Origin: an uncultured cyanobacterium
GTDB taxonomy: Bacteria > Cyanobacteriota > Cyanobacteriia > Cyanobacteriales > Nostocaceae
Length of the DNA stretch: 64,000 bases
Assembly (NCBI GenBank): GCA_963706595.1
Contig: OY970166.1
Span: forward strand, 4,288,001 to 4,352,000
Direction: 5' to 3'
A program made the translations under genes and the position numbers. Positions 19,422 through 30,408 of the stretch are shown piece after piece. Positions within the stretch are counted from its first letter, which is position 1, and each line of letters begins with the position of its first letter. Below the pieces are notes generated by a model. The model searched no databases and had not been told where the DNA came from. It was given only the letters and a program-made list of their open reading frames with translations.

Positions 19422-22400
19422 ATGACCCTTAGACCAGGAATTGAACCCTTAGCTAATTGTGTGTCTGTTGAATTGCCTACTTTAAAAAATGCCATATATC
19501 TTTTCCCCTTGACTGTTACCCCTGATACTCGTGTAATTGATGCGATCGCCTTAATGAGTCAAGCACGAGGCAGTAATTACCAGATAGTAAATCAGAATCT
19601 GTCACCAACTCCAGAAAAAGCTAGCTGTGTCTTGGTAATTGAGCAAAGGCAACTAGTAGGAATCTTTACAGAATGGGATGTAGTCAGGCTCACTGCCACA
19701 GGTGTGGACTTATCTGAGATTACCATCGCTGAAGTCATGATTCACCCAGTGATTACTATTCAGCAATCCCAGGCTGAGGATATGTTCACAGTGCTGTCAA
19801 TCTGGCATCAAAATCGAATTCGCCATCTACCAGTAGTGGATGACAAAAATCATTTAGTAGGAATACTCACACCTGAAGCAATTCGTCAAGTAATCCAACC
19901 AGCAAATTTATTGAAATTACGCTCTGTATCAGAAGTAACTGTCAATCATGATATTTATGCCCCATTGACTACCAGATTACTCGACATTGCCGAGCTAATG
20001 AATCATCAAAATATCAGTTGCGTAGTCATTGCAGAACCTAACGCTACAGGATGCGTCATCCCCCAGGGAATGATCACGGAAAGGGATATTGTCCAATTTC
20101 AAGTTTTGGGGCTGGATTTTACCCAAATTCAAGCTCAAACTGTGATGAGTACACCTTTATTTTGTGTGCATCCTGAAGATTCCTTGTGGTTTGCCCATCA
20201 AGAAATGCAACGGCGACAATTGCGGCGATTAGTTGTCACCAGTCAAACTGGGGAATTTCTGGGAATTGTCACTCAAACCAGCTTTTTGCAATTGTTTGAT
20301 CCCTTAGAAATGGCTAACGTGATTGCGGCTTTACAGCAACAGGTTGCAGCCCAGGGAAAAGAACTAGAACAGACTAACCAGCAATTGCAACAGGAAATTA
20401 CACAACGCCAGCAGACAGAAGAGAAACTGCATCAAGCTTATACAACTTTAGAACAACAAGTTGCCCAACGCACCGCCGAACTATCCCAAGCCAATGCACT
20501 GTTACAGCAAGAAATTGAGGAACGCCAAAAAACAGAAGTAGCACTCAGGAACAACCAAGCACAGGCTTGGCAACAACTTGCAGAAATTGAAAGTATCTAT
20601 GCTTCTGTCCCCATTGGACTGAACTTTGTGGACACAAACCTGAGATTTGTCCGCATCAATGAACATCTAGCTCAGATTAATAATGTCCCAGTGGCCGAGC
20701 ATATCGGGCGAACCCTGCGGGAAGTATTACCAAATCTCAGTGACAAATTAGAGCCGCTTTATCGACAGGTGATTGAGTCAGGCTTACCCATCATCAACCG
20801 CAAAGTTCATGGTACTATCCCAGCCCAACCAGGTATTGAACGTTACTGGCTAGTTAATTACTACCCACTGAGAGGGCATGATGGTGAAATGCTTGGTGTC
20901 AACTCAGTAGTACAGGATATTACCGAACGCCAACGCACAGAGAAAAAGTTACGGCATCAAGCACAAATTATCAACCAAATCCATGATTCAGTCATTGCCA
21001 CTGACCTTAAAGGTTATATTACCAGTTGGAATCAAGGTGCAGAAAAATTAACAGGTTACTCAGCTACCGAAGCTATGGGTAAACATATTTCGCTGCTATA
21101 TCCAGGGGAATTGGTTGATGTATTGGAAAATCAAGTTATTGCCCCTCTCTTAGAAACAGGAGAGCATGAAATTGAAGTGATCATGCAAAATAAGTTTGGC
21201 AAACGATTTGATGCTCTTTTGTCACTGTCGTTATTACGTAGTCCTAATCAGACTCCTATCGGCATGATTGGCTATGCTATAGACATCACAGAGCGCAAAC
21301 GAGCTGAAACTGCCCTGCGGCAAAGCCAACAGCAGTTTGAGGATATCATCAACAACTCGACAGCAATCATTTTCCTCAAGGATCTCCAAGGAAGATATAT
21401 ATTAGTCAATCGTGGGTTTACAATTCTTTTTAACCTGAGCCAAGAACAAATTCAAGGTAAAACTGACTACGACCTTTTTCCCCAAACACAAGCTGAAAGA
21501 TTTTTGGCAAATGACCGAAAAGTAATTGAAGCCAGAAAATCTTTGACTGTAGAAGAATTAGTAACATTGGCAGATGCTACCCACACTTACGTTACAGTTA
21601 AATTTCCTCTGCTTAATGCTGAAGGTGTACCCTACGCTGTTTGCGGTATTGCCACCGACATCACAGAAAGCAGATTAGCCGAAGAGAAAATCCGCGAACA
21701 AGCAGCCCTGATTGATATTGCCACAAATGCAATTTTTGTTTGCAATCTGGAGAGGCGGATATTATTTTGGAATCAAGGTGCTGAGGATATTTATGAATGG
21801 TCAGCAGCCGAAGCCTTGGGCAAGAATGCCAACGAACTTTTATTTGAAAAAGCTTCACCGCAACTAGAAGCGGCTCGTTTAAGTGTTTTAAAAGATAATT
21901 CCTGGCAAGGAGAGTTACATCAAGTCACTAAACATGGCAAAAAAATCATTGTGCAGAGTCGATGGACACTAGTACGCGATCAAGTTGGAGAGCCAAAATC
22001 AGTTTTAATTGTTAACACCGACATTACCGAGAAGAAACAACTAGAAACCCAATTTCTGCGGACTCAACGGTTAGAAAATCTTGGTATCCTCGCCAGTGGG
22101 ATTGCCCATGATTTAAACAACATTCTCACACCGATTCTGACCAGTACTCAACTGCTACCCGTGAGACTAGGCAATGTGGATGAGCAAAGTCGCCAACTGC
22201 TAAAAATGCAGCAAGACAGTGCCAAACGTGGTGCGGAGTTAATTAAGCAAATTTTGTCCTTTGCTCAGGGAGTTGAAGGAAAGCATTTTCCCCTACAAGT
22301 AAGACATTTATTAAGAGAAATTGAGCAGCTTGTTAAAAGTACATTTCCTAAATCAATTGCAGTTGAAACCTATATACCAAACACAATTTCTTCAATCATA

Positions 22401-23195
22401 GTTGCTGATCCTACCCAAATTCATCAGGTGCTAATGAACCTGTGCGTCAATGCTCGTGATGCCATGCCTAATGGCGGTACTCTACGTTTAGAAGCAGATA
22501 ATTTCTTTGTTGATCAACATTATGCCCAGATGAATCCAGAAGCCAAGGTTGGCAGCTACATTGTGATCACTGTGTCAGATACAGGATGTGGCATACCACG
22601 AGAGTTGTTAAAACGAATTTTTGAACCCTTTTTCACCACCAAGGAATTTAGTAAAGGCACAGGCTTAGGACTTTCAACAATTATTGGTATTCTCAAAAAT
22701 CACGGCGGTTTTATCAATGTTGATAGCACGGTAGGCTTAGGGAGTAATTTTAAAGTTTATTTGCCAGTCTCTGACCAAATAGTGACGGAAGAAACTTATA
22801 AAAGTGAGATACCCCAAGGCAATGGTGAATTAATTTTAATTGTCGATGATGAAGACAGTATTCGAGCGACTAACAAAGCTACTTTAGAAAGTTACAATTA
22901 CAAAATTATCACCGCTAATGATGGTATAGAGGCTGTTTCAGTTTACGCCCAACATAAAGATGAAATTAGTGTGGTCTTAATGGATATAGAAATGCCATCT
23001 ATGGATGGTATACGAGCTATTCAAGTCCTATGCAAACTTAATTCGGCTATCAAGATTGTCGCTATGAGTGGATTAGTATCGAACCGCGAACGCCTCAAGG
23101 AAATTGCGGCTTGTGTGCCAGCATTTTTGTCAAAACCATACACGATTAAGGAATTATTAGAAACTGTGCAATTTGTTTTAAATAATCATGCTTAA
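19422..23195 (+). CDS. Hybrid histidine kinase: CBS pairs, multiple PAS, HisKA, HATPase, receiver
   Basis: IRHLPVVD, GIAHDLNN, MNLCVNARDAM, GTGLGLS, LMDIEMP. Confidence 0.92.
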   Translation: MTLRPGIEPLANCVSVELPTLKNAIYLFPLTVTPDTRVIDAIALMSQARGSNYQIVNQNLSPTPEKASCVLVIEQRQLVGIFTEWDVVRLTATGVDLSEITIAEVMIHPVITIQQSQAEDMFTVLSIWHQNRIRHLPVVDDKNHLVGILTPEAIRQVIQPANLLKLRSVSEVTVNHDIYAPLTTRLLDIAELMNHQNISCVVIAEPNATGCVIPQGMITERDIVQFQVLGLDFTQIQAQTVMSTPLFCVHPEDSLWFAHQEMQRRQLRRLVVTSQTGEFLGIVTQTSFLQLFDPLEMANVIAALQQQVAAQGKELEQTNQQLQQEITQRQQTEEKLHQAYTTLEQQVAQRTAELSQANALLQQEIEERQKTEVALRNNQAQAWQQLAEIESIYASVPIGLNFVDTNLRFVRINEHLAQINNVPVAEHIGRTLREVLPNLSDKLEPLYRQVIESGLPIINRKVHGTIPAQPGIERYWLVNYYPLRGHDGEMLGVNSVVQDITERQRTEKKLRHQAQIINQIHDSVIATDLKGYITSWNQGAEKLTGYSATEAMGKHISLLYPGELVDVLENQVIAPLLETGEHEIEVIMQNKFGKRFDALLSLSLLRSPNQTPIGMIGYAIDITERKRAETALRQSQQQFEDIINNSTAIIFLKDLQGRYILVNRGFTILFNLSQEQIQGKTDYDLFPQTQAERFLANDRKVIEARKSLTVEELVTLADATHTYVTVKFPLLNAEGVPYAVCGIATDITESRLAEEKIREQAALIDIATNAIFVCNLERRILFWNQGAEDIYEWSAAEALGKNANELLFEKASPQLEAARLSVLKDNSWQGELHQVTKHGKKIIVQSRWTLVRDQVGEPKSVLIVNTDITEKKQLETQFLRTQRLENLGILASGIAHDLNNILTPILTSTQLLPVRLGNVDEQSRQLLKMQQDSAKRGAELIKQILSFAQGVEGKHFPLQVRHLLREIEQLVKSTFPKSIAVETYIPNTISSIIVADPTQIHQVLMNLCVNARDAMPNGGTLRLEADNFFVDQHYAQMNPEAKVGSYIVITVSDTGCGIPRELLKRIFEPFFTTKEFSKGTGLGLSTIIGILKNHGGFINVDSTVGLGSNFKVYLPVSDQIVTEETYKSEIPQGNGELILIVDDEDSIRATNKATLESYNYKIITANDGIEAVSVYAQHKDEISVVLMDIEMPSMDGIRAIQVLCKLNSAIKIVAMSGLVSNRERLKEIAACVPAFLSKPYTIKELLETVQFVLNNHA

Positions 23196-24250
23196 TTATT
23201 TCTCCGTCGTCGTCTAGAAGCAATGGGGATAAGAATTTGATTCAGACTACGCAATTGTTCCGATGTCCCCATGCAAATTAGGGTATCTCCTGGTAATAAA
23301 ACAGTGTCACCAGTGGGACCACCAATCAGATGTCCATCGGCGCGACGAATGGCAATTACTAAAGCGCCGGATTGCGATCGCAACCTTGCTTGTCTTAAAG
23401 TTTGCCCCACATACGGATAAACCGCCGGATCAAGTAAAAATTCTTCCATATAAAACTGTCCGTCTAGACCGGAGATGAAACCATCTACAAAGTCTAAAAC
23501 TTGCGGTCTGAGGGCGGCGGCAGCCATGCGCTTCCCACCAGTAATGTATGGTGAAACTACGGTATCAGCCCCACCACGTTGTAACTTTTTGACAGATTCT
23601 TCTGTACTGGCTCGTGCGATCGCTCTAATTCCTGGATTCAGTGTTTTTGCTGTTAACACTGTATATAAATTTTCAGCATCTGAAGGTAAAGCCGCCACTA
23701 TACAAATCGCTCGTTCTACGCCCACTCTCAATAAGGTTTCATCTAGAGTTACATCACCTTGGTATGCGATGTAGTTTTCTGCTTCTACCTCTTCTACAGA
23801 TTCGATATTTGCATCAACCACCACAAAAGGTACGCCTTCCGCCTGAAATTCCTTGGCAATTTGACGACCAGTGCGACTAAACCCACAAATAATGTAATGT
23901 TGTGTCAGGGATTCCATTAGCCTTCTCTGTTGCCTGAGTCTCATTCCTTCTTGAAAGTAGCCTTGAATCACGGCTTCTGTAAATCTGTTCACCATGTAAC
24001 CGATAGTGACTACACCCAACATAATCAAGGCAATTGTAAATAATCGTCCTTGGCGACTCAAGGGGTTTGTTTCACCAAAGCCCACAGTAGTTAAAGTGAT
24101 GACTGTCATGTAAGCCGCTTCTTCCCATGACCAACCTTCCATGAACTTGTACCACAAAGTGCCAGTCAGGAAAACGCCAGCCAATGAAATCGCCCCTACC
24201 GTTAGTTCTTTTTGCAGTCGTCGGTATTTTTTCTCAAGTACAGAATACAA
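23192..24250 (-). CDS. Potassium channel protein with TrkA-N/C (RCK) domains
   Basis: TLTTVGFG filter; ICGFSRTG. Confidence 0.9.
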   Translation of the reverse strand: MYSVLEKKYRRLQKELTVGAISLAGVFLTGTLWYKFMEGWSWEEAAYMTVITLTTVGFGETNPLSRQGRLFTIALIMLGVVTIGYMVNRFTEAVIQGYFQEGMRLRQQRRLMESLTQHYIICGFSRTGRQIAKEFQAEGVPFVVVDANIESVEEVEAENYIAYQGDVTLDETLLRVGVERAICIVAALPSDAENLYTVLTAKTLNPGIRAIARASTEESVKKLQRGGADTVVSPYITGGKRMAAAALRPQVLDFVDGFISGLDGQFYMEEFLLDPAVYPYVGQTLRQARLRSQSGALVIAIRRADGHLIGGPTGDTVLLPGDTLICMGTSEQLRSLNQILIPIASRRRRRNN

Positions 24251-24401
24251 AGTTTTTTTACTGCTACCATTTTTTGGCAGGATATTTAACAGTTAGCCTA
24301 CAAAAAAGTATCAGATTTGTGAAATAAAATGTAATTTTTAAGATTTTCTAGCAAACTAGTAAGTAAGTATTAAAATTAAAGACTTATCAGGAGGCGCGAT
24401 C

Positions 24402-25685
24402 GTGAGCATAGAAACTCTAATTGAGCAAGCTACCATCCCCCCAACATCAGGTTCTATGTCATCTAGCCCTTTTGACGCTAATAGCTTCGATGAAGCCGTA
24501 ATGTCAACTTATGGCCGGTTTCCCCTAGCTTTAGACAGGGGTTCTGGCTGTCGCGTTTGGGATACCCAGGGACGGGAATATCTGGACTTTGTAGCCGGAA
24601 TTGCCACTTGCACCCTCGGACACGCCCACCCAGCTATGGTGGAAGCGGTAACACGCCAAATCCAAAAGCTGCATCATGTTTCTAATTTGTACTATATTCC
24701 CGAACAAGGCGAATTAGCCAAATGGATAGTTGAACATTCCTGTGCAGATCGGGTATTTTTCTGCAACTCTGGGGCTGAGGCTAACGAAGCCGCCATTAAA
24801 CTGGCGCGGAAATATGCCCACACAGTTCTAGAGATTGACAAGCCGATTATTCTCACCGCCAATGCTAGTTTCCACGGTCGGACTTTGGCGACTGTCACCG
24901 CTACCGGACAACCGAAGTATCAAAAACATTTTCACCCCTTAGTACCTGGTTTTGCATACGTTCCTTATAACGATATTAATGCCATAGAGGTAGCAGTTAG
25001 TGAATTAGATGAAGGAGATTATCGCGTAGCGGCCATTTTAATTGAACCATTGCAAGGAGAAGGCGGTGTGCGTCCTGGTGATGTGGCTTACTTCCAAAAG
25101 CTGCGGAAAGTTTGTGATGAAACTGGCATTTTGTTGATGTTCGATGAAGTGCAAGTTGGGATGGGACGCAGTGGTAAGTTATGGGGTTATGAACATTTGG
25201 GTGTGGAACCAGATATCTTTACCAGTGCGAAAGGTTTGGGTGGCGGTATCCCCATTGGGGCGATGATGAGTAAGAAGTTCTGCGATGTCTTTGAACCAGG
25301 AGAACACGCCAGCACTTTTGGCGGTAATCCCTTTGTATGTGGTGTGGCGCTGGCTGTTTGTCAGACTTTAGAAAAAGAGAATATTTTGCAGAATGTGGAA
25401 GACCGAGGTATACAGCTAAGAAATGGCTTAAATGCGATCGCGGCTAAATATCCCAACTACATTTCTGAAGTCCGGGGCTGGGGTTTAATCAATGGGATGG
25501 AATTACAAGCAGACATTCCACTCACCGCAGCTAATGTTGTCAAGGCTGCTATGGACAAGGGTTTATTGCTAGTCCCAGCCGGTCCGAAAGTTGTCCGGTT
25601 TGTCCCGCCGTTGATTGTGACTGAAGCGGAAGTTAATTTTGCATTACAAGCTGTTGACGAGGCGATCGCTTCTCTCACCGCTTAA
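24402..25685 (+). CDS. argD: Acetylornithine aminotransferase
   Basis: FCNSGAEANE, SFHGRT, FDEVQVG, SAKGLGGG, HASTFGGN. Confidence 0.92.
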   Translation: MSIETLIEQATIPPTSGSMSSSPFDANSFDEAVMSTYGRFPLALDRGSGCRVWDTQGREYLDFVAGIATCTLGHAHPAMVEAVTRQIQKLHHVSNLYYIPEQGELAKWIVEHSCADRVFFCNSGAEANEAAIKLARKYAHTVLEIDKPIILTANASFHGRTLATVTATGQPKYQKHFHPLVPGFAYVPYNDINAIEVAVSELDEGDYRVAAILIEPLQGEGGVRPGDVAYFQKLRKVCDETGILLMFDEVQVGMGRSGKLWGYEHLGVEPDIFTSAKGLGGGIPIGAMMSKKFCDVFEPGEHASTFGGNPFVCGVALAVCQTLEKENILQNVEDRGIQLRNGLNAIAAKYPNYISEVRGWGLINGMELQADIPLTAANVVKAAMDKGLLLVPAGPKVVRFVPPLIVTEAEVNFALQAVDEAIASLTA

Positions 25686-25715
25686 GCTATAACCAGCGAG
25701 GATAGGTATTCACGC

Positions 25716-26438
25716 CTATCTCTCGCTGTTTTTTACGCTTTTTGTCTGAATTTCTGGCAGATTGGCGGCACTGATACCCGCCACCATTGTACGTTTGAGC
25801 ATGGGGTGATTGGTATGAGTAAATCCCGTGTCCGAGTCGGGATGAAAACAAACAACAGTTAATTTATCTGCCTCTGTCCGAAACTTATGCAGATGATTAG
25901 CAGGAATAAAAATAGTCATACCTGGTTGCAAAGGAATAATACCATCAGGTGTTTCACACTCTCCACTACCTTCAACTACAATAATTAGCCGATAACTAGG
26001 ATGAGTATGAATCGTCTGATCCACTCCTGGGGGAAAATATAAAGCATTCAAACAAGGATCTCCAGACATAATTGGCGGAATCAGCACATTATCTGTACCG
26101 CCATCGATATAACTTAACCTCCCGATAGATTCAATTTCCCCCCCAATCATAAATACCCCTTTAAAAGTCGGACAACTCACCACAAAACCCGATGAATTTT
26201 CACCCCCAACTGCACCCTCTCCAGATAAACTAAAGTACATCCCAGGGTAAAGTTTGTAATCTTGTAAACCCGTCCGGCGCTGCAAAATAGGATTACCACT
26301 ATAGACAAAACCGAAATGAGTTCCTGTATCGGGAAGTTGAATAGAATCTCCATTCCAACCCATAAAGCAATCTGGTACTTGCTCATTAAATTTGGCAAGT
26401 TTACCGTGAGTTAAATTTTGATAAATTTGGAGTGTCAT
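25716..26438 (-). CDS. Cupin-domain protein
   Basis: QTIHTHPSYR...FIPANHLHKF. Confidence 0.8.
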   Translation of the reverse strand: MTLQIYQNLTHGKLAKFNEQVPDCFMGWNGDSIQLPDTGTHFGFVYSGNPILQRRTGLQDYKLYPGMYFSLSGEGAVGGENSSGFVVSCPTFKGVFMIGGEIESIGRLSYIDGGTDNVLIPPIMSGDPCLNALYFPPGVDQTIHTHPSYRLIIVVEGSGECETPDGIIPLQPGMTIFIPANHLHKFRTEADKLTVVCFHPDSDTGFTHTNHPMLKRTMVAGISAANLPEIQTKSVKNSER

Positions 26439-26512
26439 GATCGTTTTAATAGATGTATTGATAATTAATATTTGTGAAAATCAGCCCAATTTATGACTTC
26501 ACCACCCCAGCT

Positions 26513-26677
26513 ATAGGACTACTATTTGATTATTGAACAAACACGTAGGGTGTGTTAGCGCAGCGTAACGCACCAAAGCCTTAATAACGGTGCGTTACGG
26601 ATTTCATCCTAACGCACCCTACAATACTGTGGTTAGTTTAAAAAAGTCCCGTTCAAAACTCAAAGAGGATTCCTATA
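26513..26677. mobile_element. TA-bounded MITE-like repeat enclosing a GTAGGGTG...CACCCTAC REP-like doublet
   Basis: TATAGGACT...TTTGA and TCAAAGAGGATTCCTATA ends; internal palindromes. Confidence 0.65.
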
Positions 26678-26726
26678 TAAGAACTGAGTATGAATAAAAA
26701 TTCATAAAATAATAGCCTCATTTATA

Positions 26727-29063
26727 TTACAAGTTTTTATTACTGTCAAGATGCAATAATACTGAATCTAAAAGTTGCTTCCGAAATTCGTGTTGAATCA
26801 TACAATCAGTATTCAAACACTCGACCAATAACAAAAGAGCTTGATAATATTGCTTAAGCAGCTTTTTATCCTGCTCATTAAATTGCCAATCATTACTTCC
26901 TATGTGACGGTTTTTCTTAGCGAGGCTTCTAGATTTATCAGCTAAGATTTTCAGTTTTTCTTCGTCCAGTTCACTATGATTAATCTGAGCATCATTTTCG
27001 TATATTTTCTCTAAAACAGTTCTTAATTCTGGCTGTAATTTCCCAGATTCCAGGGCATATTTAACAGCAATATACATAGCTTTATTGGCTGAGGAAACCT
27101 CACTAATTTTTGGTTCATCTGGTCTAGCATCTTTATCATAATTTTCAGCAATATGGATACCTTCTTCAAAACTAGTTTCTTGAAAAACACGCGCAAAAAA
27201 ACTTCCACAGACTAAATAATTAGCCGCAGGATCTAGTAGTAAACTCAGTCGTCGCTCTTGATCTATATCAAAGTCAATATCAAAATAAAAAGCTCTGATT
27301 GCCGATAATTTAACTGCGGTTTGATGAATTAAAGATTGTTGCTGTACGTAAACTAAAAAATCTTGAATTTTCTGATTTTCGTCTATAATTTTATCAATTC
27401 TTTCTTTGAGAATTGTAAAAAAAAGCGTCGCATCTGGTTGAGCCATTTCGGCTGATAGCAAAAATATTTCTTTCCAGTAACGGTCACTTAAATGGTTTGC
27501 TAACTCTTGAAAAGCTTCTCGCTGTGGACGCTTTCTGACATTGATTTCACGGGCGACAAAATACTCATGAAAAGTTAGGTGAGAAAAAGAATAAATTCCT
27601 TTAGCTCTTTCTACTAAAATTCCATGTTGTGCTTCAATTGCGTGTAAAATTGCCTCACTATCTAGTTGTAAATCTTTTGGTTCTCGGTCAGCATTACTAC
27701 TGAGATTTTGGATATATTCTTTAATATAAAGTTTGGCTTCTTTTTTAGAGAAGAAAAATTCTTTTTCCTTGAAGGTCTTGAAAGCTATATAACTTAACAA
27801 ATCTTTTTTCCTTTGCAAAGAAAGTTCTTGATAAACTTGCTCGCGTTGGATTCCTCGTTTAGCATCCCATTTATTGAGCAGAATCTCAATTCCTTCTGTA
27901 TATAATTCGGAACGATTATTAGGAAAATTACATTTTTCATCAAACACTAAGCAAATTAAGGTCAACAACAAAGGCGTTACTGCCAATTGAGATAAGCGGT
28001 CATTATTTTTTAAAGATTTAATGAAATCTTCTGTTGAAATCAGGCTTTTATTTTGAAATTCCAACCATTGGGAAATAAATGTTTTAATCTGTTCTTCATT
28101 AAAATCTGCTAATTCAACCTCCGCAAATTTATCTAATACATCATACGAGTATTCTTTAGCAGCTATTCTACACGTAATAATAAAATAGTTATCATAATAT
28201 ATCCGAGATAAATTCCTAATCTCATTTAAGGTTCTTTCGTAATGTTCATTTTTTACCTCATCTAGTCCATCCAATAGAACTAAAACTGATTTGTGTATAA
28301 ATAGTTCTTGAATCTGCTCAAAATTGATTCCACATTCAGCAAATATTTGTCCCATATACTCTAACAAAGCAGGAGAATTAGGAGATTCAGCAAAATACTT
28401 GAGATTAATAAAAATCGGCACAAAATTGGGCATAAATAACCCTTCGTTACACTGAAGCGCTAGATACTTGAGAAAAGTAGTTTTTCCGGCTCCAGGCTTA
28501 CCTAAAACAATCAGCTTTTTATATTTGGTAACTGCACTTTCACCCGGAACTCGTTCTTCCGTGACTCTACCTAATCCAAATCTTTCCAAATCTTCTAAAT
28601 TAGACTCTGCAAGTAGCTCTTTAATTGTCTTGCGTCTGTGAGCGGTTAGCTTTTCTAAAATATTTACATCCGTATATATTTGATTTATTTGTATTGGTTG
28701 CGACATATCCAATACGCGCATTGTGCCGCACCATTCTTGAATGATCTCTCTGATGTTACGGCGGACTTGTTTTACCAAAGATGCAATATTGTCTTCATTT
28801 TGATGGCTCGAATCAATTGGATTTTCATTAACCTCGACTCCTGGTGTAGTAAGTTTATACCAGTCTTTGTCAAAACCCAAAGCTTCACCGATTTGGAGAA
28901 AGTTATCTAATAAAATTGGTTTGCCGTTCAGTAAGGCACTAATGACTGAACGATGAAGTCCTAGCTTATCGGCGAGCATCTTTTGCGTTAATCCCTGCTT
29001 GGTTAAGGATTCTTTAATGATCTGGATTCCTGCCAACGAAGCTTGTAATGTGGGCTTTGCCAT
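26727..29063 (-). CDS. XRE-HTH + NACHT NTPase with a helical C-terminal domain
   Basis: LTQKMLADKLGLHRSVISALLNGK HTH; GKPGAGKTT; LLDGLDE; TPLLL; YSFSHLTFHEYF. Start chosen at MAKPT. Confidence 0.88.
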   Translation of the reverse strand: MAKPTLQASLAGIQIIKESLTKQGLTQKMLADKLGLHRSVISALLNGKPILLDNFLQIGEALGFDKDWYKLTTPGVEVNENPIDSSHQNEDNIASLVKQVRRNIREIIQEWCGTMRVLDMSQPIQINQIYTDVNILEKLTAHRRKTIKELLAESNLEDLERFGLGRVTEERVPGESAVTKYKKLIVLGKPGAGKTTFLKYLALQCNEGLFMPNFVPIFINLKYFAESPNSPALLEYMGQIFAECGINFEQIQELFIHKSVLVLLDGLDEVKNEHYERTLNEIRNLSRIYYDNYFIITCRIAAKEYSYDVLDKFAEVELADFNEEQIKTFISQWLEFQNKSLISTEDFIKSLKNNDRLSQLAVTPLLLTLICLVFDEKCNFPNNRSELYTEGIEILLNKWDAKRGIQREQVYQELSLQRKKDLLSYIAFKTFKEKEFFFSKKEAKLYIKEYIQNLSSNADREPKDLQLDSEAILHAIEAQHGILVERAKGIYSFSHLTFHEYFVAREINVRKRPQREAFQELANHLSDRYWKEIFLLSAEMAQPDATLFFTILKERIDKIIDENQKIQDFLVYVQQQSLIHQTAVKLSAIRAFYFDIDFDIDQERRLSLLLDPAANYLVCGSFFARVFQETSFEEGIHIAENYDKDARPDEPKISEVSSANKAMYIAVKYALESGKLQPELRTVLEKIYENDAQINHSELDEEKLKILADKSRSLAKKNRHIGSNDWQFNEQDKKLLKQYYQALLLLVECLNTDCMIQHEFRKQLLDSVLLHLDSNKNL

Positions 29064-29321
29064 AAGTGACTCCATGCGAAATTTTGTTACTACAACCCTA
29101 AAGCAGTGCTGGTTCACGACAACCAATCAAAAGTATATCGGGTAAGCTTTTCATTGGTTTGATCACGACATTAGCTATTATACTACGACAATAAACCATC
29201 TTTTGACAAACTTTAAACCAACATTGACTTGACATATCAACCAACATACGTTTATCATCTGAGTAAACACGGAGACAAACGCAGGCGCAAGCGCACTCGT
29301 ACTAGAGGAGGCTAAAGCTTT

Positions 29322-29699
29322 ATGGACACAAGGGAAATAGTGGACTTACTTAAAATTATGCCTAGTCCAGGTTGTCCATTCAATTGCACCTTAAGAACTG
29401 TGGAGGGAAATCATCTGAATTTAGTCGTACCGAATGTCAAAAGCTTTCATTTTTCTAAACAACAGCTAAGAGACTTTGCACTTGATAATTGCTTACCAAC
29501 ATCACTTGTGGAATTGATGAGTGTCATCGAAAGCAAAGAGTTTAGTTGTCCATCACGCTTTTTTCAAGCCGCACTAACAGCCCTATCTTTGGGGCGTGGC
29601 TATGGTGTAATTAACCTAGAATATCCCGACACAAGAGCATTTATTGCCACGGTTAGCCCTTCTTACCGAGTTTGGATGGGAACAGATAAAAGTATTTAG
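29322..29699 (+). CDS. Hypothetical protein divergent from the NACHT gene
   Basis: GGAGG RBS, 125 aa. Confidence 0.7.
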   Translation: MDTREIVDLLKIMPSPGCPFNCTLRTVEGNHLNLVVPNVKSFHFSKQQLRDFALDNCLPTSLVELMSVIESKEFSCPSRFFQAALTALSLGRGYGVINLEYPDTRAFIATVSPSYRVWMGTDKSI

Positions 29700-29798
29700 T
29701 TGCTTTCATCTGCTGTAGATAAAAACAGTTGCTGCAACTAAATGAAATCATTAAAAATTTAGTTTATGAATAAGCTGGGAGGATTAGAACTTAATCAC

Positions 29799-29837
29799 AA
29801 AAGCTGGTTTTAGTGGGATGTCACTGGCCAGCTTTTT
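29799..29837. terminator. Bidirectional-type terminator hairpin
   Basis: AAAAGCTGG...CCAGCTTTTTT. Confidence 0.5.
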
Positions 29838-29947
29838 TATTGGCATTAGTTAATCCAAGAATCTCATCTCTATAAACTAAAAGTTTCAAATTAGTGTGGT
29901 TGAGAGTAATTCGATTCTATTTTCTCAGTTTCCTAAAGGTAAAAATC

Positions 29948-30187
29948 ATGAAAAACAACCTAAATAATGGCAGTGGTTATTTATTTGATTTGGCTTGTAA
30001 AGGGTTGAAATATTTTCTATTGACTCTGCTTGGTTTTGCGATCGCATTTGTCATATCTAGAGTTTTTGGAGTTTCTCAAGTTGTGCAAATGCTGTTATAC
30101 CCAAGTATATGGGCGTGGCTTTTCCGCATTGCAGTTTCTATATTCTGTCTGTTTGCAGTCGCTATCATCTATGAATCTTCTTGTTAA
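29948..30187 (+). CDS. Small two-TM membrane protein
   Basis: Two hydrophobic helices; ATG at 29948 after AAGGT. Confidence 0.6.
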   Translation: MKNNLNNGSGYLFDLACKGLKYFLLTLLGFAIAFVISRVFGVSQVVQMLLYPSIWAWLFRIAVSIFCLFAVAIIYESSC

Positions 30188-30408
30188 TTTGCTTCATTCT
30201 TAGCAGTGAAATTATTTTGGTTGTTAAGAGATTATTCAAGGCAAAATCTCAGAACAGGTTTACTAAAAAACAATTGCAAAAAGTTTGCTGGATAAAAAAA
30301 ACGGCAACTTGCTGACAACTTAATAACCAAAATTTATTTGTTGCTATACAAAGACGTGGTTAGCATCTGCTCTTTAATTAGGTCTACTATTTAGACGAGG
30401 GAAAATTT

